Origin: an uncultured Gammaproteobacteria bacterium
Lineage (GTDB): Bacteria; Patescibacteriota; Patescibacteriia; Veblenbacterales; UBA10138
Length of the DNA: 64,000 nucleotides
Direction of reading: 5' to 3'
NCBI GenBank assembly: GCA_964453605.1
Contig: CAYVOI010000001.1
Span: forward strand, 676,095 to 740,094
Shown: piece by piece, positions 39,381-49,919 of the stretch
Layout of the letters: every line of letters starts with the position of its first letter
Position numbering within the stretch: the first letter of the stretch is position 1
The notes under the pieces: model-generated
Seen by the model: only the letters and a program-made list of their open reading frames with translations
Database searches by the model: none
Told to the model about the DNA's origin: nothing
Position numbers and translations under genes: made by a program

Positions 39381-40316
39381 TTAGCCTTCCACGGCCACAC
39401 GGCCGCCGATTATCTCGGCGAGCTCAGCCGTAATGCCAGCTTGCCTGGCCTGGTTAAACTGGAGGGTGAGGGAATCTATCATGTCTTTGGCGGCGTCGGA
39501 AGCGTTACGCATGGCCAACATACGGGCCGAGTGTTCTGAAGCGTCGGACTCGAGCAGCGCTTGGTACACCTGCACCTCAATGAGCCTAGGCAACAGGTCT
39601 TCCAGCACTTCGTCGGGCGTGGGCTCAAACAGGTACTCGTAGCTAACGTGGGTAGCGGTAGTGTCTGCCTCACGCACCTTGGGCTCACCCGGGAGCCTGC
39701 CACCGCCGAGTTCAGCGTCAGGCTCTGGGACAATCGGCAGCAGCTGGCGAATACGTGGTTTTTGGATCAGGGGGGAAATAAAATCGGTGTAGGCCATGAC
39801 TACGCGGTCGTAACGGCCGCTGAGGTAATCATCTATCAAGAGCTTGGCGATGGGCCGCACTTCTTCTACCCGAGTGGTGAGGTCGGCTTTGGTAAACTCT
39901 GCTACCACGGCTTGGCCGTAGCGGAACATAATGTCCCTGCCCCTCCGGCCCACAGCCACCAAATCTGCCCCGAGCTCCACCTGTTGACTTTGGTGCTTAC
40001 GGATAAAAGCGTTGGCACGGTTTGTTACTTGATGGTTAAAGCCACCACAGAGCCCACGGTTGGAAGTTACGAGTACCAAACCAATGCGTTTTACCTCATC
40101 GCGCTTTTGGAGCAACGGGTGGTGTGATGGGTCGGTGCGTGAACTTAGTTCGGTGAGCAGACTCCACCCCAAAGCGGCGTAAGTACGCGTGGCGAGCACG
40201 TTCTGGACCGCCCGGCGCATTTTAGCAGCCGACACCAGCTCCATCGCCTTGGTGATCTGGCGGGTGTTCTTGATGGAGCGAATGCGACGCTTAATTTCGC
40301 GAGTGGCTTGCGGCAC
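39381..40316 (-). CDS. atpG: ATP synthase gamma
   Basis: ITKAMELVS, RGLCGGFN, RQAGITAELAEI. Confidence 0.96.
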   Translation of the reverse strand: MPQATREIKRRIRSIKNTRQITKAMELVSAAKMRRAVQNVLATRTYAALGWSLLTELSSRTDPSHHPLLQKRDEVKRIGLVLVTSNRGLCGGFNHQVTNRANAFIRKHQSQQVELGADLVAVGRRGRDIMFRYGQAVVAEFTKADLTTRVEEVRPIAKLLIDDYLSGRYDRVVMAYTDFISPLIQKPRIRQLLPIVPEPDAELGGGRLPGEPKVREADTTATHVSYEYLFEPTPDEVLEDLLPRLIEVQVYQALLESDASEHSARMLAMRNASDAAKDMIDSLTLQFNQARQAGITAELAEIIGGRVAVEG

Positions 40317-40322
40317 AAAAGT

Positions 40323-40356
40323 AAAATCAAAAATTAAAAATCAAAATGCAAAAATC
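40323..40356. repeat. Degenerate heptamer tandem repeat
   Basis: AAAATCA AAAATTA AAAATCA AAATGCA AAAATC at the junction between the inserted deaminase gene and atpG. Confidence 0.6.
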
Positions 40357-40757
40357 TAATCTTGTTTCTGCCGCCAATCATAGTATGGCAGTAAGTCTTT
40401 TAGCTTTATGAGTTTACCTTTATCTAACACAACGTCTGTTTCTAAGTTCGCCTTACTAACCTGCCACATAAATTCGCGACACCTCCCACATGGCGAAAGA
40501 ATGACATCATAACCATCGTTATCTTTTGCAACGGCTACTATTTTCTTTATTACGTATTCGCCGTTAGTAATCATGGACCCGATAGCATTATGCTCAGCGC
40601 AAAATCCCATACCAGAACTAGCGTCAATGCAGACACCAAGGTAGAGATTATCCCTGTCTGTTACCAAAGCACATCCAACGGTACCCGACTGAAATTCTCC
40701 AGTTTTATTTGGCTTCACTATAGCTGCAGCTTTTGCTATAAGGTCTTCATTAGTCAT
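40356..40757 (-). CDS. Cytidine deaminase-family protein
   Basis: CAEH and SPCGRCRE zinc motifs; AT-rich; lies between atpA and atpG. Confidence 0.88.
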   Translation of the reverse strand: MTNEDLIAKAAAIVKPNKTGEFQSGTVGCALVTDRDNLYLGVCIDASSGMGFCAEHNAIGSMITNGEYVIKKIVAVAKDNDGYDVILSPCGRCREFMWQVSKANLETDVVLDKGKLIKLKDLLPYYDWRQKQD

Positions 40758-40761
40758 AATT

Positions 40762-42267
40762 TTACATCTGCTTAACTTCAGCGATAGCTTTCTTTAAACC
40801 CTCTTCCACTTCTGGTGTAAGCTCAGGTTTTTCGGCTAACGTCTTGAGCACGGCTTGGGTTTTGAGGTAATCGTGGAAGCGCTTTTCAAAAGTCCGAATT
40901 TGGTCGACTGATATATCATCTAAGTATCCATTCACTGCCGCGTACAGAATGGCGACTTGGTTTTGAACTGGCATGGGCTCGAACTGGCCCTGTTTCAAAA
41001 GCTCGGTGACACGCTTACCCCGCTCGATCTGGCTCTTAGTAGCCTCATCGAGGTCGCTGCCAAACTGCGCAAAAGCGGCGAGTGAGCGGTACTGTGCTAG
41101 GTCCAGGCGGAGCTTGCCGGCTACCTTCTTCATCGCTTTAACCTGGGCAGCCGAACCCACGCGTGACACGGACAAGCCAACGTTCACGGCCGGCCGAATG
41201 CCTTGGTAAAACAGGTCGCTCTCCAAGAAAATTTGCCCGTCGGTAATAGAGATGACGTTGGTGGGCACGTAGGCTGAAATGTCGCCGGCCTGGGTTTCGA
41301 TAATCGGGAGCGCGGTCAAGCTACCGCCACCGTTCTCCTTATTGAGCTTGGCGGCACGTTCGAGCAAACGCGAGTGCAAGTAAAAAATGTCCCCGGGGTA
41401 GGCTTCCCTGCCCGGTGGGCGCCGGAGCAAGAGCGAGATCTGGCGGTAAGCCACGGCGTGCTTGGAAAGGTCATCGTAAACCACCAGAACATCTTTCCCC
41501 TGGTCCATGAAGTACTCACCCATAGCGCAGCCAGCGTAGGGCGCCAAAAAGCTCATAGCCGCGGGGTCGCTGGCACCGGCTGACACGACAATGGTATAGC
41601 TCAAGGCACCGTACTCTTCAAGTTTCGCTACAATGCGCGCCACCTTAGACTCTTTTTGGCCAATACCAACGTAGATGCAGGTAACGTTCTGCCCTTTTTG
41701 GTTCAAAATAGCGTCTATGGCCACGGCGGTTTTACCAGTTTGCCGGTCACCAATCAAGAGCTCACGCTGCCCGCGACCAATGGGGATCATGGAGTCGATA
41801 GCCTTGATGCCTGTTTGTAGGGGCGTGTTTACACCCTCACGCACAATGACGCGTGGGGCAATTTTTTCCACTGGGTACTGCGCCGCGGCCTTAATCTCAC
41901 CCTTGCCATCCAACGGCTGCCCGAGAGGGTTAACCACCCGACCAACGAGGCCTGGCCCCACTGGCACTGACAGAATTTTGCCGGTGGACTTTACGGTGTC
42001 ACCCTCTTTAATTTCTAGGTAGTCCCCGAGGATCATGGCGCCAACCTGGCTTTCTTCTAAGTTCAGCGCCACGCCCATAACGCCATGCGGAAACTCAAGC
42101 ATTTCAGAGGACAAGCAACCCCCGAGGCCTGCCACCTTAGCAATGCCATCACCGACTTCGGTCACCGTGCCAACCGTAGCCGAGGTCACCTTGGCTTCAA
42201 AACCCTTGAGTTCAGCTTCGAGAGTTTGGAGGAGTGTGTCTTTGGTGTGGGTGGTCTTTTCAGTCAT
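40762..42267 (-). CDS. atpA: ATP synthase alpha
   Basis: [20 protein letters not shown]. Confidence 0.98.
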   Translation of the reverse strand: MTEKTTHTKDTLLQTLEAELKGFEAKVTSATVGTVTEVGDGIAKVAGLGGCLSSEMLEFPHGVMGVALNLEESQVGAMILGDYLEIKEGDTVKSTGKILSVPVGPGLVGRVVNPLGQPLDGKGEIKAAAQYPVEKIAPRVIVREGVNTPLQTGIKAIDSMIPIGRGQRELLIGDRQTGKTAVAIDAILNQKGQNVTCIYVGIGQKESKVARIVAKLEEYGALSYTIVVSAGASDPAAMSFLAPYAGCAMGEYFMDQGKDVLVVYDDLSKHAVAYRQISLLLRRPPGREAYPGDIFYLHSRLLERAAKLNKENGGGSLTALPIIETQAGDISAYVPTNVISITDGQIFLESDLFYQGIRPAVNVGLSVSRVGSAAQVKAMKKVAGKLRLDLAQYRSLAAFAQFGSDLDEATKSQIERGKRVTELLKQGQFEPMPVQNQVAILYAAVNGYLDDISVDQIRTFEKRFHDYLKTQAVLKTLAEKPELTPEVEEGLKKAIAEVKQM

Positions 42268-42299
42268 AGAGCGAGTAAGTGATAATTGCCTTAAGTAAA

Positions 42300-42707
42300 T
42301 TACTGAGTTGTGCCAGCGAGCTGGTGGTAGAGGCTGTCGATGCGGCCCTTGAGGGAGGCGTCGTAGCGGCGGTCCCCCACCGTTACCACCAGGCCGCTGA
42401 GCAAATGTGGCTTCACGCTCACGGTGAGCTCAACTTCCTGTCCCACAGCTTTGGTGAGCTCGCGCTTAAGTTTGGTTTCGGCAGCCTCAGTTAGCGGCTT
42501 AGCCACTGCCAGCTCCACACCCGTGACGCCCGACTCCTTGCGCCAGAGTGTTACTACCTCGGAAACGATTCTTTGCCGCCAACCCCAGTGCCGGTGTTTC
42601 CAGACCAGCTGCCAAAACCGCGCGGTAACCGCTGGTAGTTCACGTGGAGCGACCTCGCGTGCTAAACCAAGGTACAGGTTGGCGTAGGTGGCAGGAGTAA
42701 AACGCAT
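42300..42707 (-). CDS. atpH: ATP synthase delta (short form)
   Basis: [16 protein letters not shown]; position in operon. Confidence 0.85.
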   Translation of the reverse strand: MRFTPATYANLYLGLAREVAPRELPAVTARFWQLVWKHRHWGWRQRIVSEVVTLWRKESGVTGVELAVAKPLTEAAETKLKRELTKAVGQEVELTVSVKPHLLSGLVVTVGDRRYDASLKGRIDSLYHQLAGTTQ

Positions 42708-42711
42708 AGGG

Positions 42712-43212
42712 CTAACGCTTAGCTACCTCCGCCACCGCCTCCTCCACTAACTTTTTATCAAGCTCGGCCCCGGGCAACTTGCTCACAAGTTTAGTAACAG
42801 CCAGCGTCACCAAGCGGGCCGCCTCACGCCGCACCTCGAGCAGGGCAGCGGTTTGCTCAGACTCTAAGCGCGCGCGAGCTTCAGCCACTACCTTTTCTGC
42901 CTCGCCCTTCACCCGGGCCAGTGTTTCCTGGCGCTGGGCTTCAGCCTGTACTTCAGCCTGCTTCAGGAGTGCCTGAGCCTGACGCCTGGCTTCGGCCATC
43001 ACCTCTGCTCGCTTAGCCTCCAAGGCCTTGAGCTCGGTTTCTATCCGCTGAGCCTCGCGCAAACTGTTCTCAATTCGCAAGCGGCGCTGCTCTAAAAACT
43101 TTATGAGCGGCTGGTACAAAAACTTATACAGCACCCCCAGCACAATCAAGAAGTTGACTGCTTGGGCCAGGAGGAGCTTCCAATCGATGCCGAGTTTGTC
43201 TAAGAGTTCCAT
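42712..43212 (-). CDS. atpF: ATP synthase b
   Basis: LGIDWKLLLAQAVNF plus coiled coil; likely start ATG 43212. Confidence 0.92.
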   Translation of the reverse strand: MELLDKLGIDWKLLLAQAVNFLIVLGVLYKFLYQPLIKFLEQRRLRIENSLREAQRIETELKALEAKRAEVMAEARRQAQALLKQAEVQAEAQRQETLARVKGEAEKVVAEARARLESEQTAALLEVRREAARLVTLAVTKLVSKLPGAELDKKLVEEAVAEVAKR

Positions 43213-43288
43213 AGAGATGGGTAATGACGCTGGCCAAGCGGCCAGTTCGAGTCCCCCGCCTGCCGGCGGGGGACCGAGAACTGAACGT

Positions 43289-43552
43289 TTAGACGAACTT
43301 AATAATGAGCGCCATGACCAACGCGTAGATGGCGATAGCCTCACAGAACGCGGTGGCCAAAATCATAGCCGTTTGCACCTTAGCGGCGGCTTCGGGGTTG
43401 CGGCCGATGGACTCCATGGCCTTGCCAGCCAGACGGCCAATGGCAAAGGCGGGGAGCATGCCACCAAAGGCGATAGTGGCGCCAGCCGCCATACCCTTCA
43501 GTACCTCCGGAGTGAAGCTGCTGGCTACTTGTGTAACTGCATCTGCTGCCAT
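43289..43552 (-). CDS. atpE: ATP synthase c
   Basis: IGRNPEA loop; FCEAIAIY (no Na+-type ES/T motif). Confidence 0.95.
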   Translation of the reverse strand: MAADAVTQVASSFTPEVLKGMAAGATIAFGGMLPAFAIGRLAGKAMESIGRNPEAAAKVQTAMILATAFCEAIAIYALVMALIIKFV

Positions 43553-43682
43553 ACTGTTACCTTTCGTGAATGATCAGGCTGCTACGGCGAATGTTGATTT
43601 ATTATTTAACGCCGTCAGCTTAACCACTCGACTTAAGAAGTTAGTGGCCGGCTCCAAAACGTTGGGGCGAGCCACCAGCTAC

Positions 43683-44456
43683 CTAGTGCTCGGCGTGCTC
43701 TGTGGTGGCAATGGTAAGAAAGACGAGCGTGAGCAGGCTAAACACCAGGGCCTGCACCACGCCCACAAAAATTTCCAAGAAAATAAACGGCAGCGGTGCA
43801 ATATAGGGCACCAGCGCCGAAACCACAATGAGGAGCACCTCACCCGCGAACACGTTACCAAACAAACGGAACGAGAACGAGACCACGCGTGACACTTCGC
43901 TGACCAGCTCTAGAAGCCCCACCCCCAGCATAATAACACTCTGAAAACTGAAGTGCTTGAACAGCGCCTTGAAGTTCAGGTACTTAGCCGCGTGCTTAAA
44001 AAAGCCTAAGGTAATAATGCCAAAGAGCTGCGTGCCCAACACCGATACCAAAGCAATGGCGATGGTGGTATTAAGGTCGGCTGAGGCTGAGCGGAAGAAC
44101 GGCACCAGCACGGTGTGCCCTTCGTGCAGCTGGTAGATGCCAATAGAGCCCACTCCGGGCAGCAACCCAAACCAGTTCGAGAACATGACAAAGAAAAATA
44201 TGGTAGCCACCAGCGGGAAAAAGCGCACCGCCGTCTCGCGTGAGCCAGTAACGCTCGCTACAAAGTCCAAACCACCCTCGATCACCGTTTCAACCACGTT
44301 CTGAAACCCCGTAGGCACCGCCGCGAGTTTACGGCGGTGGAACGCGAGTGCCACCACTACAAACCCCACCATTAACACCAGCGCCACCAATAGCGAATTG
44401 GTGACACTAAAAGACCCGAGATGGAAAATTGGTTCAGCTGCTAGAGAAATGTTCAT
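43683..44456 (-). CDS. atpB: ATP synthase a
   Basis: SFSFRLFGNVFAGE, QALVFSLLT. Confidence 0.95.
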   Translation of the reverse strand: MNISLAAEPIFHLGSFSVTNSLLVALVLMVGFVVVALAFHRRKLAAVPTGFQNVVETVIEGGLDFVASVTGSRETAVRFFPLVATIFFFVMFSNWFGLLPGVGSIGIYQLHEGHTVLVPFFRSASADLNTTIAIALVSVLGTQLFGIITLGFFKHAAKYLNFKALFKHFSFQSVIMLGVGLLELVSEVSRVVSFSFRLFGNVFAGEVLLIVVSALVPYIAPLPFIFLEIFVGVVQALVFSLLTLVFLTIATTEHAEH

Positions 44457-44459
44457 ACG

Positions 44460-44738
44460 CTACTGCTTCGGTTCTGACTTATCAGCTGTACCCGTGGAAC
44501 TGTCGGCGGCTGTCATAATTGCCTTGGTCTTACGCAGAATAAGGACCGTGGAAATAACTATGGAGAACAAAACTCCGGTGAGGAGCAACCAGGGCGAAGT
44601 ACCAAAGTGCCTATCCGCCAAGCGCCCCAGGAGCGCCAAAACTACCAGCGGTACGGCTATGGTGTAGCCAAGTTCCCAAGCTAAACCAAGGGCAGCAAAG
44701 GTGGTGGAGTGGTTGTGTTTAGGTTGAGTCTCGGCCAT
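44460..44738 (-). CDS. AtpZ/AtpI-family protein
   Basis: LG..IAVP...LG..AD..FGTSPW; first gene of the atp operon. Confidence 0.85.
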   Translation of the reverse strand: MAETQPKHNHSTTFAALGLAWELGYTIAVPLVVLALLGRLADRHFGTSPWLLLTGVLFSIVISTVLILRKTKAIMTAADSSTGTADKSEPKQ

Positions 44739-44846
44739 AAGAAAAGTACAGGGAAACGCCGAGTAGTATACCCTGCCCAGCCCCTTTCGTCAACGGCTCA
44801 AAAATTTTTTCGCTTACCTTAGCGAAAAAACGAAACCGGCGGGCAG

Positions 44847-46622
44847 CTACCCCGTAGTGTGCCTAATATCCTCAAGCTCGCCCGCTACGGCTTGTTCAGC
44901 GGCCGCCAGTGCCTTCTGGAGCTGGAGGCTGATTTTTTCCTCCTCGACCGTAAGTTCACGTTTGGTGCGAGTGCGCTCTAAGAGCCGCAGCTGCCGCTTG
45001 AGGTTGTCCTGCAGCGTGCGGAACGACCGGTGGAGCAGCCGCTCAGCCGTGGTTACCTCTTGCTGTACGGTGCGACGCAAGCGACGGAGCTTCACATAGC
45101 CGTAGACCGCCACCACCATCAGACCGAGGAGTAGGCACGCCAGGGTGACGAACATGGTCAGGTAGGAAATTGCCAGCTTACCAAAGTGCAGCAGCGGGCG
45201 CTCGCGTACGAGCAGTACCTGCGGCTCAGTCGGCAAACTCTTAGCTCCCCGGTTGTCGGTGACCTGCAGGGTGTACTGGTAGGTACCAGCGCTCAGGCGA
45301 CGAGGCCAGGTCACGGTAAAGTCGCCCAGGCCGTCGCTTGAAACATCTTGGTAGGCTGGCGGATCTGATTCAGCCACGAGCGTCAGGCGCACCTGTGCCG
45401 CAGGGTAAGTTCTGCCGCGCACTACGAACGGCTCTGACGGGTCAAGCTCAGTCGGGGCGTTCAGTAGTACCGGCTGGCTAATGGGTAGAACCTCGAAATC
45501 TTGTGAAGCGGTAACGTAGTTACCGGCTGCGTCAACTGCCTGTACCAACATGGTGTGCTTGCCCGGTGCCTCGGGCGGCAGGACGTACGGGTTGCTCGAC
45601 ACCACCACGGCGGCAGCCAAACGAGCGAACTCTTGATCGCCCACCTTAACGTTGTAGTGATCAATACCGGAAGGCAGATCGGTGGTGTTAAAGAGCGCAG
45701 TAGGTGTGGGGTTGGTAGTCGGTACACTGTCAACAAACTTAATTGAGAAGGCGTCAGGTTTCTGGGTGTCTATTTGAAACCGGAAGTGGCTAATCGCTCC
45801 CCAGCCCTTAGCATTGTGGAGCCGAATATGGAAGTACCACACCCCGTCATCTACGTTCTCGTAGGTATAGGAGGTGCGTAAACCATCAGACCGTAGTCCA
45901 GGGTCACTGGTCGGGTTGTGGTCGGCGAGCACGTTTACCCCATCGGTACCGGGCGGATTCACCCAGCTAAACGTGGGGTTACTATTCGCGTACCACTTGT
46001 TGGGGTCAGGGTGGGTAGATGAAGAGACCTGCGGGGCGGCTGGTACACCAGCCACTACCACCGGGCTGCTTGATTCAGGTGCCGCTGATGAGGACCCCCC
46101 TAAACTATACTGGGCGCTACCTACCCCTTCGAGCATATTCGTGCCCTGGCCATCGTTCGCCAGCACCGAAGCAGAAGCAAAACCTAGCCGTGCCTCACCC
46201 ACCGCCTTGACCTTAAAGGTAATACTCACCACCTTGCCCGTACCCTTAAACCCGGGATTAAGCACAATACCTTCGAACCGCACCTGGCCCACAGCATTAT
46301 CAAGCGACGGTTCCTGCACCCACAAGCTCACGATTGAGCCGCTCTTTGACAGCGCGGTGGCTTGCAGCTCGTCAGGCGGGAACGATACCCGGCCTGAAAC
46401 CGCATTCATAGCCTGATCGGGCGAGGCCACGTACACACTCACACTGAACGTTTGCCCGACGCCGTAGCTGCCGCTCGCAGGGGTAAACGTTAAGCTGGCT
46501 GCTTGAGCATAGACCGGCCGGGCGCCAAGCGCGAGCCCCGCGAGTAGCACCAGGCAGGTGAACACACGGCCCACCAGCGGCTCGAGGTACTGCCACCTAT
46601 ATCCGTTGGAACCTACGCGCAT
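44847..46622 (-). CDS. Membrane-anchored protein with cohesin-like and Ig-like domains
   Basis: Signal peptide; VGQTFSVSVYV..MNAVSG..W..P..VLANDGQGT; SSTHPD..W.FH; C-terminal TM and coiled coil. Confidence 0.75.
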   Translation of the reverse strand: MRVGSNGYRWQYLEPLVGRVFTCLVLLAGLALGARPVYAQAASLTFTPASGSYGVGQTFSVSVYVASPDQAMNAVSGRVSFPPDELQATALSKSGSIVSLWVQEPSLDNAVGQVRFEGIVLNPGFKGTGKVVSITFKVKAVGEARLGFASASVLANDGQGTNMLEGVGSAQYSLGGSSSAAPESSSPVVVAGVPAAPQVSSSTHPDPNKWYANSNPTFSWVNPPGTDGVNVLADHNPTSDPGLRSDGLRTSYTYENVDDGVWYFHIRLHNAKGWGAISHFRFQIDTQKPDAFSIKFVDSVPTTNPTPTALFNTTDLPSGIDHYNVKVGDQEFARLAAAVVVSSNPYVLPPEAPGKHTMLVQAVDAAGNYVTASQDFEVLPISQPVLLNAPTELDPSEPFVVRGRTYPAAQVRLTLVAESDPPAYQDVSSDGLGDFTVTWPRRLSAGTYQYTLQVTDNRGAKSLPTEPQVLLVRERPLLHFGKLAISYLTMFVTLACLLLGLMVVAVYGYVKLRRLRRTVQQEVTTAERLLHRSFRTLQDNLKRQLRLLERTRTKRELTVEEEKISLQLQKALAAAEQAVAGELEDIRHTTG

Positions 46623-47511
46623 ACCACTGCCAGGCTAAGTATAAGACCAGGCTGCTCATGAAGAGTAGTATAGCGCGAAGCCAAACCTGGCGATACCAGG
46701 GCGTAGCTGAGGCGGGGAGTACGGCCAGCCGCTTGTTACCAGCGCCATCCACCGCGCGCACGTACAGGCTGCTACTACGAGTTTGATCGTGGAGCAGGTA
46801 GGGACTCTGGGCTGGCTGCCAGTGGAGGCCATTGGCAGCGGCACGGGGCGGGCCAGGAGCCTCGGCCACCTCATAGGCGGCCACACCCACGCCCTTGTCT
46901 TGCGTGGTAAAGGCGGCAAACCACTGGCCGTCGAACACAGCTGGATCACGAGCCAGTGCAATAGTAAAGGCTTCGGGCGGTGTGGTATCTGGCGGCGGGA
47001 CCGCGGCTGGACTGGCCTGCGCCGCCAGCTGAAGCTGGAGCGATGCGTGCGTAACTGGCGCCGCCGTGCCCTGACCGTCGTTCAACAAAAACTGTTCAGC
47101 ACTTGAGCTCAAGGTGACCGTCCCGGGCACATGTGCGGTAAACACCAGCGTAAACAGGTAGCCCTGGCTCCCGCGGTAGCCACCGGGTATGATGCCCGAA
47201 AAAGAAACGTCGGCCGCCGTACTCTGGGGTGGTTCAAGCCACAAGCTCACGACCGATCCACCCTGCCGTACCTGCACCACGGTTAGCTGGCTGGCAGAAA
47301 AACGTATGCTGCCCGAGATGGCATTGATACTTTCTCCCTGACTATCGAGGTACACGGCGACCTCAAATGGCTGGCCTACGCCGGCGGGAGCTGGCGGAAC
47401 GCTGAACGACAACCCGGCAGCGAACGCCGGCTGTGCCAACAGGAGTCCCAGCACAAAGAGCAAACGAAGGAATCGCTCAAGGCACGGCGGTAAAAAAAAC
47501 ATATCACGCAT
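46597..47511 (-). CDS. Membrane-anchored cohesin-like domain protein
   Basis: VGQPFEVAVY..INAISG..LW..P..LLNDGQGT; DTTPPEAF; C-terminal TM. Confidence 0.75.
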   Translation of the reverse strand: MRDMFFLPPCLERFLRLLFVLGLLLAQPAFAAGLSFSVPPAPAGVGQPFEVAVYLDSQGESINAISGSIRFSASQLTVVQVRQGGSVVSLWLEPPQSTAADVSFSGIIPGGYRGSQGYLFTLVFTAHVPGTVTLSSSAEQFLLNDGQGTAAPVTHASLQLQLAAQASPAAVPPPDTTPPEAFTIALARDPAVFDGQWFAAFTTQDKGVGVAAYEVAEAPGPPRAAANGLHWQPAQSPYLLHDQTRSSSLYVRAVDGAGNKRLAVLPASATPWYRQVWLRAILLFMSSLVLYLAWQWYARRFQRI

Positions 47512-47517
47512 ACACTG

Positions 47518-48882
47518 CTAGCCTGTCCAGTAAAAGGCCATAATGCTGAAATCGATCAAGTTCACCTGCCCATCGCCGTTGAGATCAACACGGGCGGGGG
47601 GCGAGGCGCGCTTGTACCAGTACGCCAGAATAGAAAAATCAATCAGATTCACGCGACCGTCGCCCGTGACGTCACCGGTGAGTGGCACAGCTGGCGACTT
47701 AGTTACCGTTTTATCGCCCACGGTAAAGCTCACGAGTTTGCCGAACGCCGTAATTTGCCCACCTTGAGCAGCTTTTGATTTGGCAGTGTGGTCACCCAGC
47801 TCAAGCGAGCTGGTAGCTACATCGTAGGCGTAGCTACCGTCGCTGTCGGCGCTAGTTTTGAACAGCTGCGGCACGGCCGAATCTACCTGAATCGTAACCT
47901 CGCTCCCGGGCGCCGTGTAGCCCACCACGGTCACGAGTTCACCCTGCTTCACCTGGGTTTTATCAAGATCGATGGTCGGCGCGAGAAAAATACCGCTGAC
48001 GGTAGCAGTCGCGCCAGCGGTGAGTGATACCGGAAAGGTGAACAGTCCAGACCGATTGCCGTTTTTATCGTCGGCGTACACGGAAAAAATGTAGCTCCCC
48101 GCGGTCAAGTCACTGAGCGATGAGCTAAAACGAGCATCGGGGCCGGCTATGGTCGTCACTGCTACCTGCCCGTCTTTAAGAATAGTGACGCCACTAGCTG
48201 GGTAGGCGCGACCAGAAAAGGACACGCTGGCGCCAGAGCTGACCGGGGCAGGCACACCCCCACCCCCTCCTCCGCCACCCCCACCCGGTGGGGATGGCGG
48301 GGACACCACAGCCGCACTGCCGAACAGCGCAAAGGGGCTGAAACTGCTGGCACTGGCCGTCACGGTCCGCGCCGTAGTGTTCACCGTGCTGGGCAGGGCT
48401 TGCCAGCCCGCGCCGCTCCAGTGGTAAGCTTTCAGGCTGGCTTGATCAATGCCGCTGACGTCGCTGGCGGTGTAGGTAAAGGTCAGGCTCAGAGGCTGGT
48501 TAAAGCTTGTCACCGGCGTGCCATCAGCGGCGCTGGTAAAGCTCACGACATACGTGGTAGCAGCCGCCAGCTTACCTTGGGGCAAGGGGTGCGAATCGGT
48601 AATCGAGGTAGCCAACTCGGCCACCACATCCATTTTCAAATCCGTACTCGTGCCGAGTGCCCCAGCTGGCGAAACAATATCGAGGCTGGTACCGGTTGGG
48701 CTCACGAGCGAACTGGTGACCAGCTGGCTGCTGTTGAACTGGATGGTGTTCTCAGCTAACGGCACAATGGCCGAAACAGCCACCGACCCTTGCTGTGCTT
48801 GACCAGCCAAGACGGGCAGTAGTACAACCACAGCTATCGCCATGGCTCCTACCACCCACGATACCACGGGGGCCCGCATCAC
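47518..48882 (-). CDS. Secreted protein with C-terminal dockerin-like duplicated motif
   Basis: GDVTGDGRVNLIDFSIL...DLNGDGQVNLIDFSIM; Pro/Gly linker; Ig-like segments. Confidence 0.8.
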   Translation of the reverse strand: MMRAPVVSWVVGAMAIAVVVLLPVLAGQAQQGSVAVSAIVPLAENTIQFNSSQLVTSSLVSPTGTSLDIVSPAGALGTSTDLKMDVVAELATSITDSHPLPQGKLAAATTYVVSFTSAADGTPVTSFNQPLSLTFTYTASDVSGIDQASLKAYHWSGAGWQALPSTVNTTARTVTASASSFSPFALFGSAAVVSPPSPPGGGGGGGGGGVPAPVSSGASVSFSGRAYPASGVTILKDGQVAVTTIAGPDARFSSSLSDLTAGSYIFSVYADDKNGNRSGLFTFPVSLTAGATATVSGIFLAPTIDLDKTQVKQGELVTVVGYTAPGSEVTIQVDSAVPQLFKTSADSDGSYAYDVATSSLELGDHTAKSKAAQGGQITAFGKLVSFTVGDKTVTKSPAVPLTGDVTGDGRVNLIDFSILAYWYKRASPPARVDLNGDGQVNLIDFSIMAFYWTG

Positions 48883-49877
48883 GAAGTTCTAGCGGTGGCG
48901 CTGGCTTTACGAATGATCCACTGGTTGTAGCGGTGTATCCCCCAACGCCCGAGCACGGTGAGGCTGAGCAGTACAATGAGTGCCACCAGCAACAGCTGCC
49001 ACGGAATAAGGAACAGGTTATAGGCCGAGCTCACGGTTTCACCTCGCGTGCCATAGCTCAAGTTTAGGTGGGCGGTGTACCAGCCAAAGGCGAAGTTGTG
49101 CCACTCGCGGCTGACGGCGGCAAAAAATCCTGAACCACCTGCCGCGGGGTGAGAAGCAGACCAAGCGACCTCAAACCGACGCACGCTGTTCGGCAGTACG
49201 TTGCCCTGACCGGGGTTAGCGTCCAGCCTTACCGCCGTACCACCAAACATGTTGGTGACCTCAATTTGTCCTAGCGGCTGGACACGATCGCCGCCGCCGT
49301 TGTGAAATCGGTAGTAGAAATTTACCGGCAGAGCAGTAAAAAACTTCTGCCCAGTGGTGGTGCCGAAGCCCAGTAGACCGTCGACTTCTTTCACACTACC
49401 AGTAACGTTAAGCAATACCAAAATACCAACCTTGGCGCCCAGGGCCACCTGCCCTGAACCGGGGGCTGGAGGCGGGCTGGCAGTCCAAAAAATGGCCGCA
49501 AAGTGGCCGCCCGGGTCAGCGTCCTTGGGTACGGCAACGCTAAAGTGTAGCATTTTACGTTCAGCCGCCGCCAGCGTCACCTGCCGCGGGGCTTCGAGCC
49601 AGGTGGCCAAACCTTCTGTGCCAGGGGTAAAGTGCGGCGTGCCACTTTCACCCTGGGCTTCAAAGTTCTCGAACGAGGAGTAAAATGTTTTGCTGGCACC
49701 TTCGTCGTTGTAGAGCTCGAACGTGCCGTTGATGCTTTGACCGGGGTCGGCGGTAAGCTCCAAGCGCACCGGCGACAAGGTCAGCGCCCTGGCCCCCGGC
49801 ACGCCCGCAGCAAAAACAACTAGCCAGGTCACCAGGGTTACGGCGCTAAACGTAGAGTAACGCGCCAGTTGTTTCAC
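48879..49877 (-). CDS. DUF916/DUF3324-like (WxL-interacting-like) membrane-anchored protein
   Basis: LSPVRLEL..PGQ, VPKDADPGGHFAAI, FHNGG...P.G.I, VLPNSVRRF, G.Y.A.L.L.YG, C-terminal TM. Confidence 0.65.
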   Translation of the reverse strand: MKQLARYSTFSAVTLVTWLVVFAAGVPGARALTLSPVRLELTADPGQSINGTFELYNDEGASKTFYSSFENFEAQGESGTPHFTPGTEGLATWLEAPRQVTLAAAERKMLHFSVAVPKDADPGGHFAAIFWTASPPPAPGSGQVALGAKVGILVLLNVTGSVKEVDGLLGFGTTTGQKFFTALPVNFYYRFHNGGGDRVQPLGQIEVTNMFGGTAVRLDANPGQGNVLPNSVRRFEVAWSASHPAAGGSGFFAAVSREWHNFAFGWYTAHLNLSYGTRGETVSSAYNLFLIPWQLLLVALIVLLSLTVLGRWGIHRYNQWIIRKASATARTS

Positions 49878-49919
49878 AAGCAGAGCACTAAGGCTTAAGC
49901 TAGGTACGTAGAGTTGGGG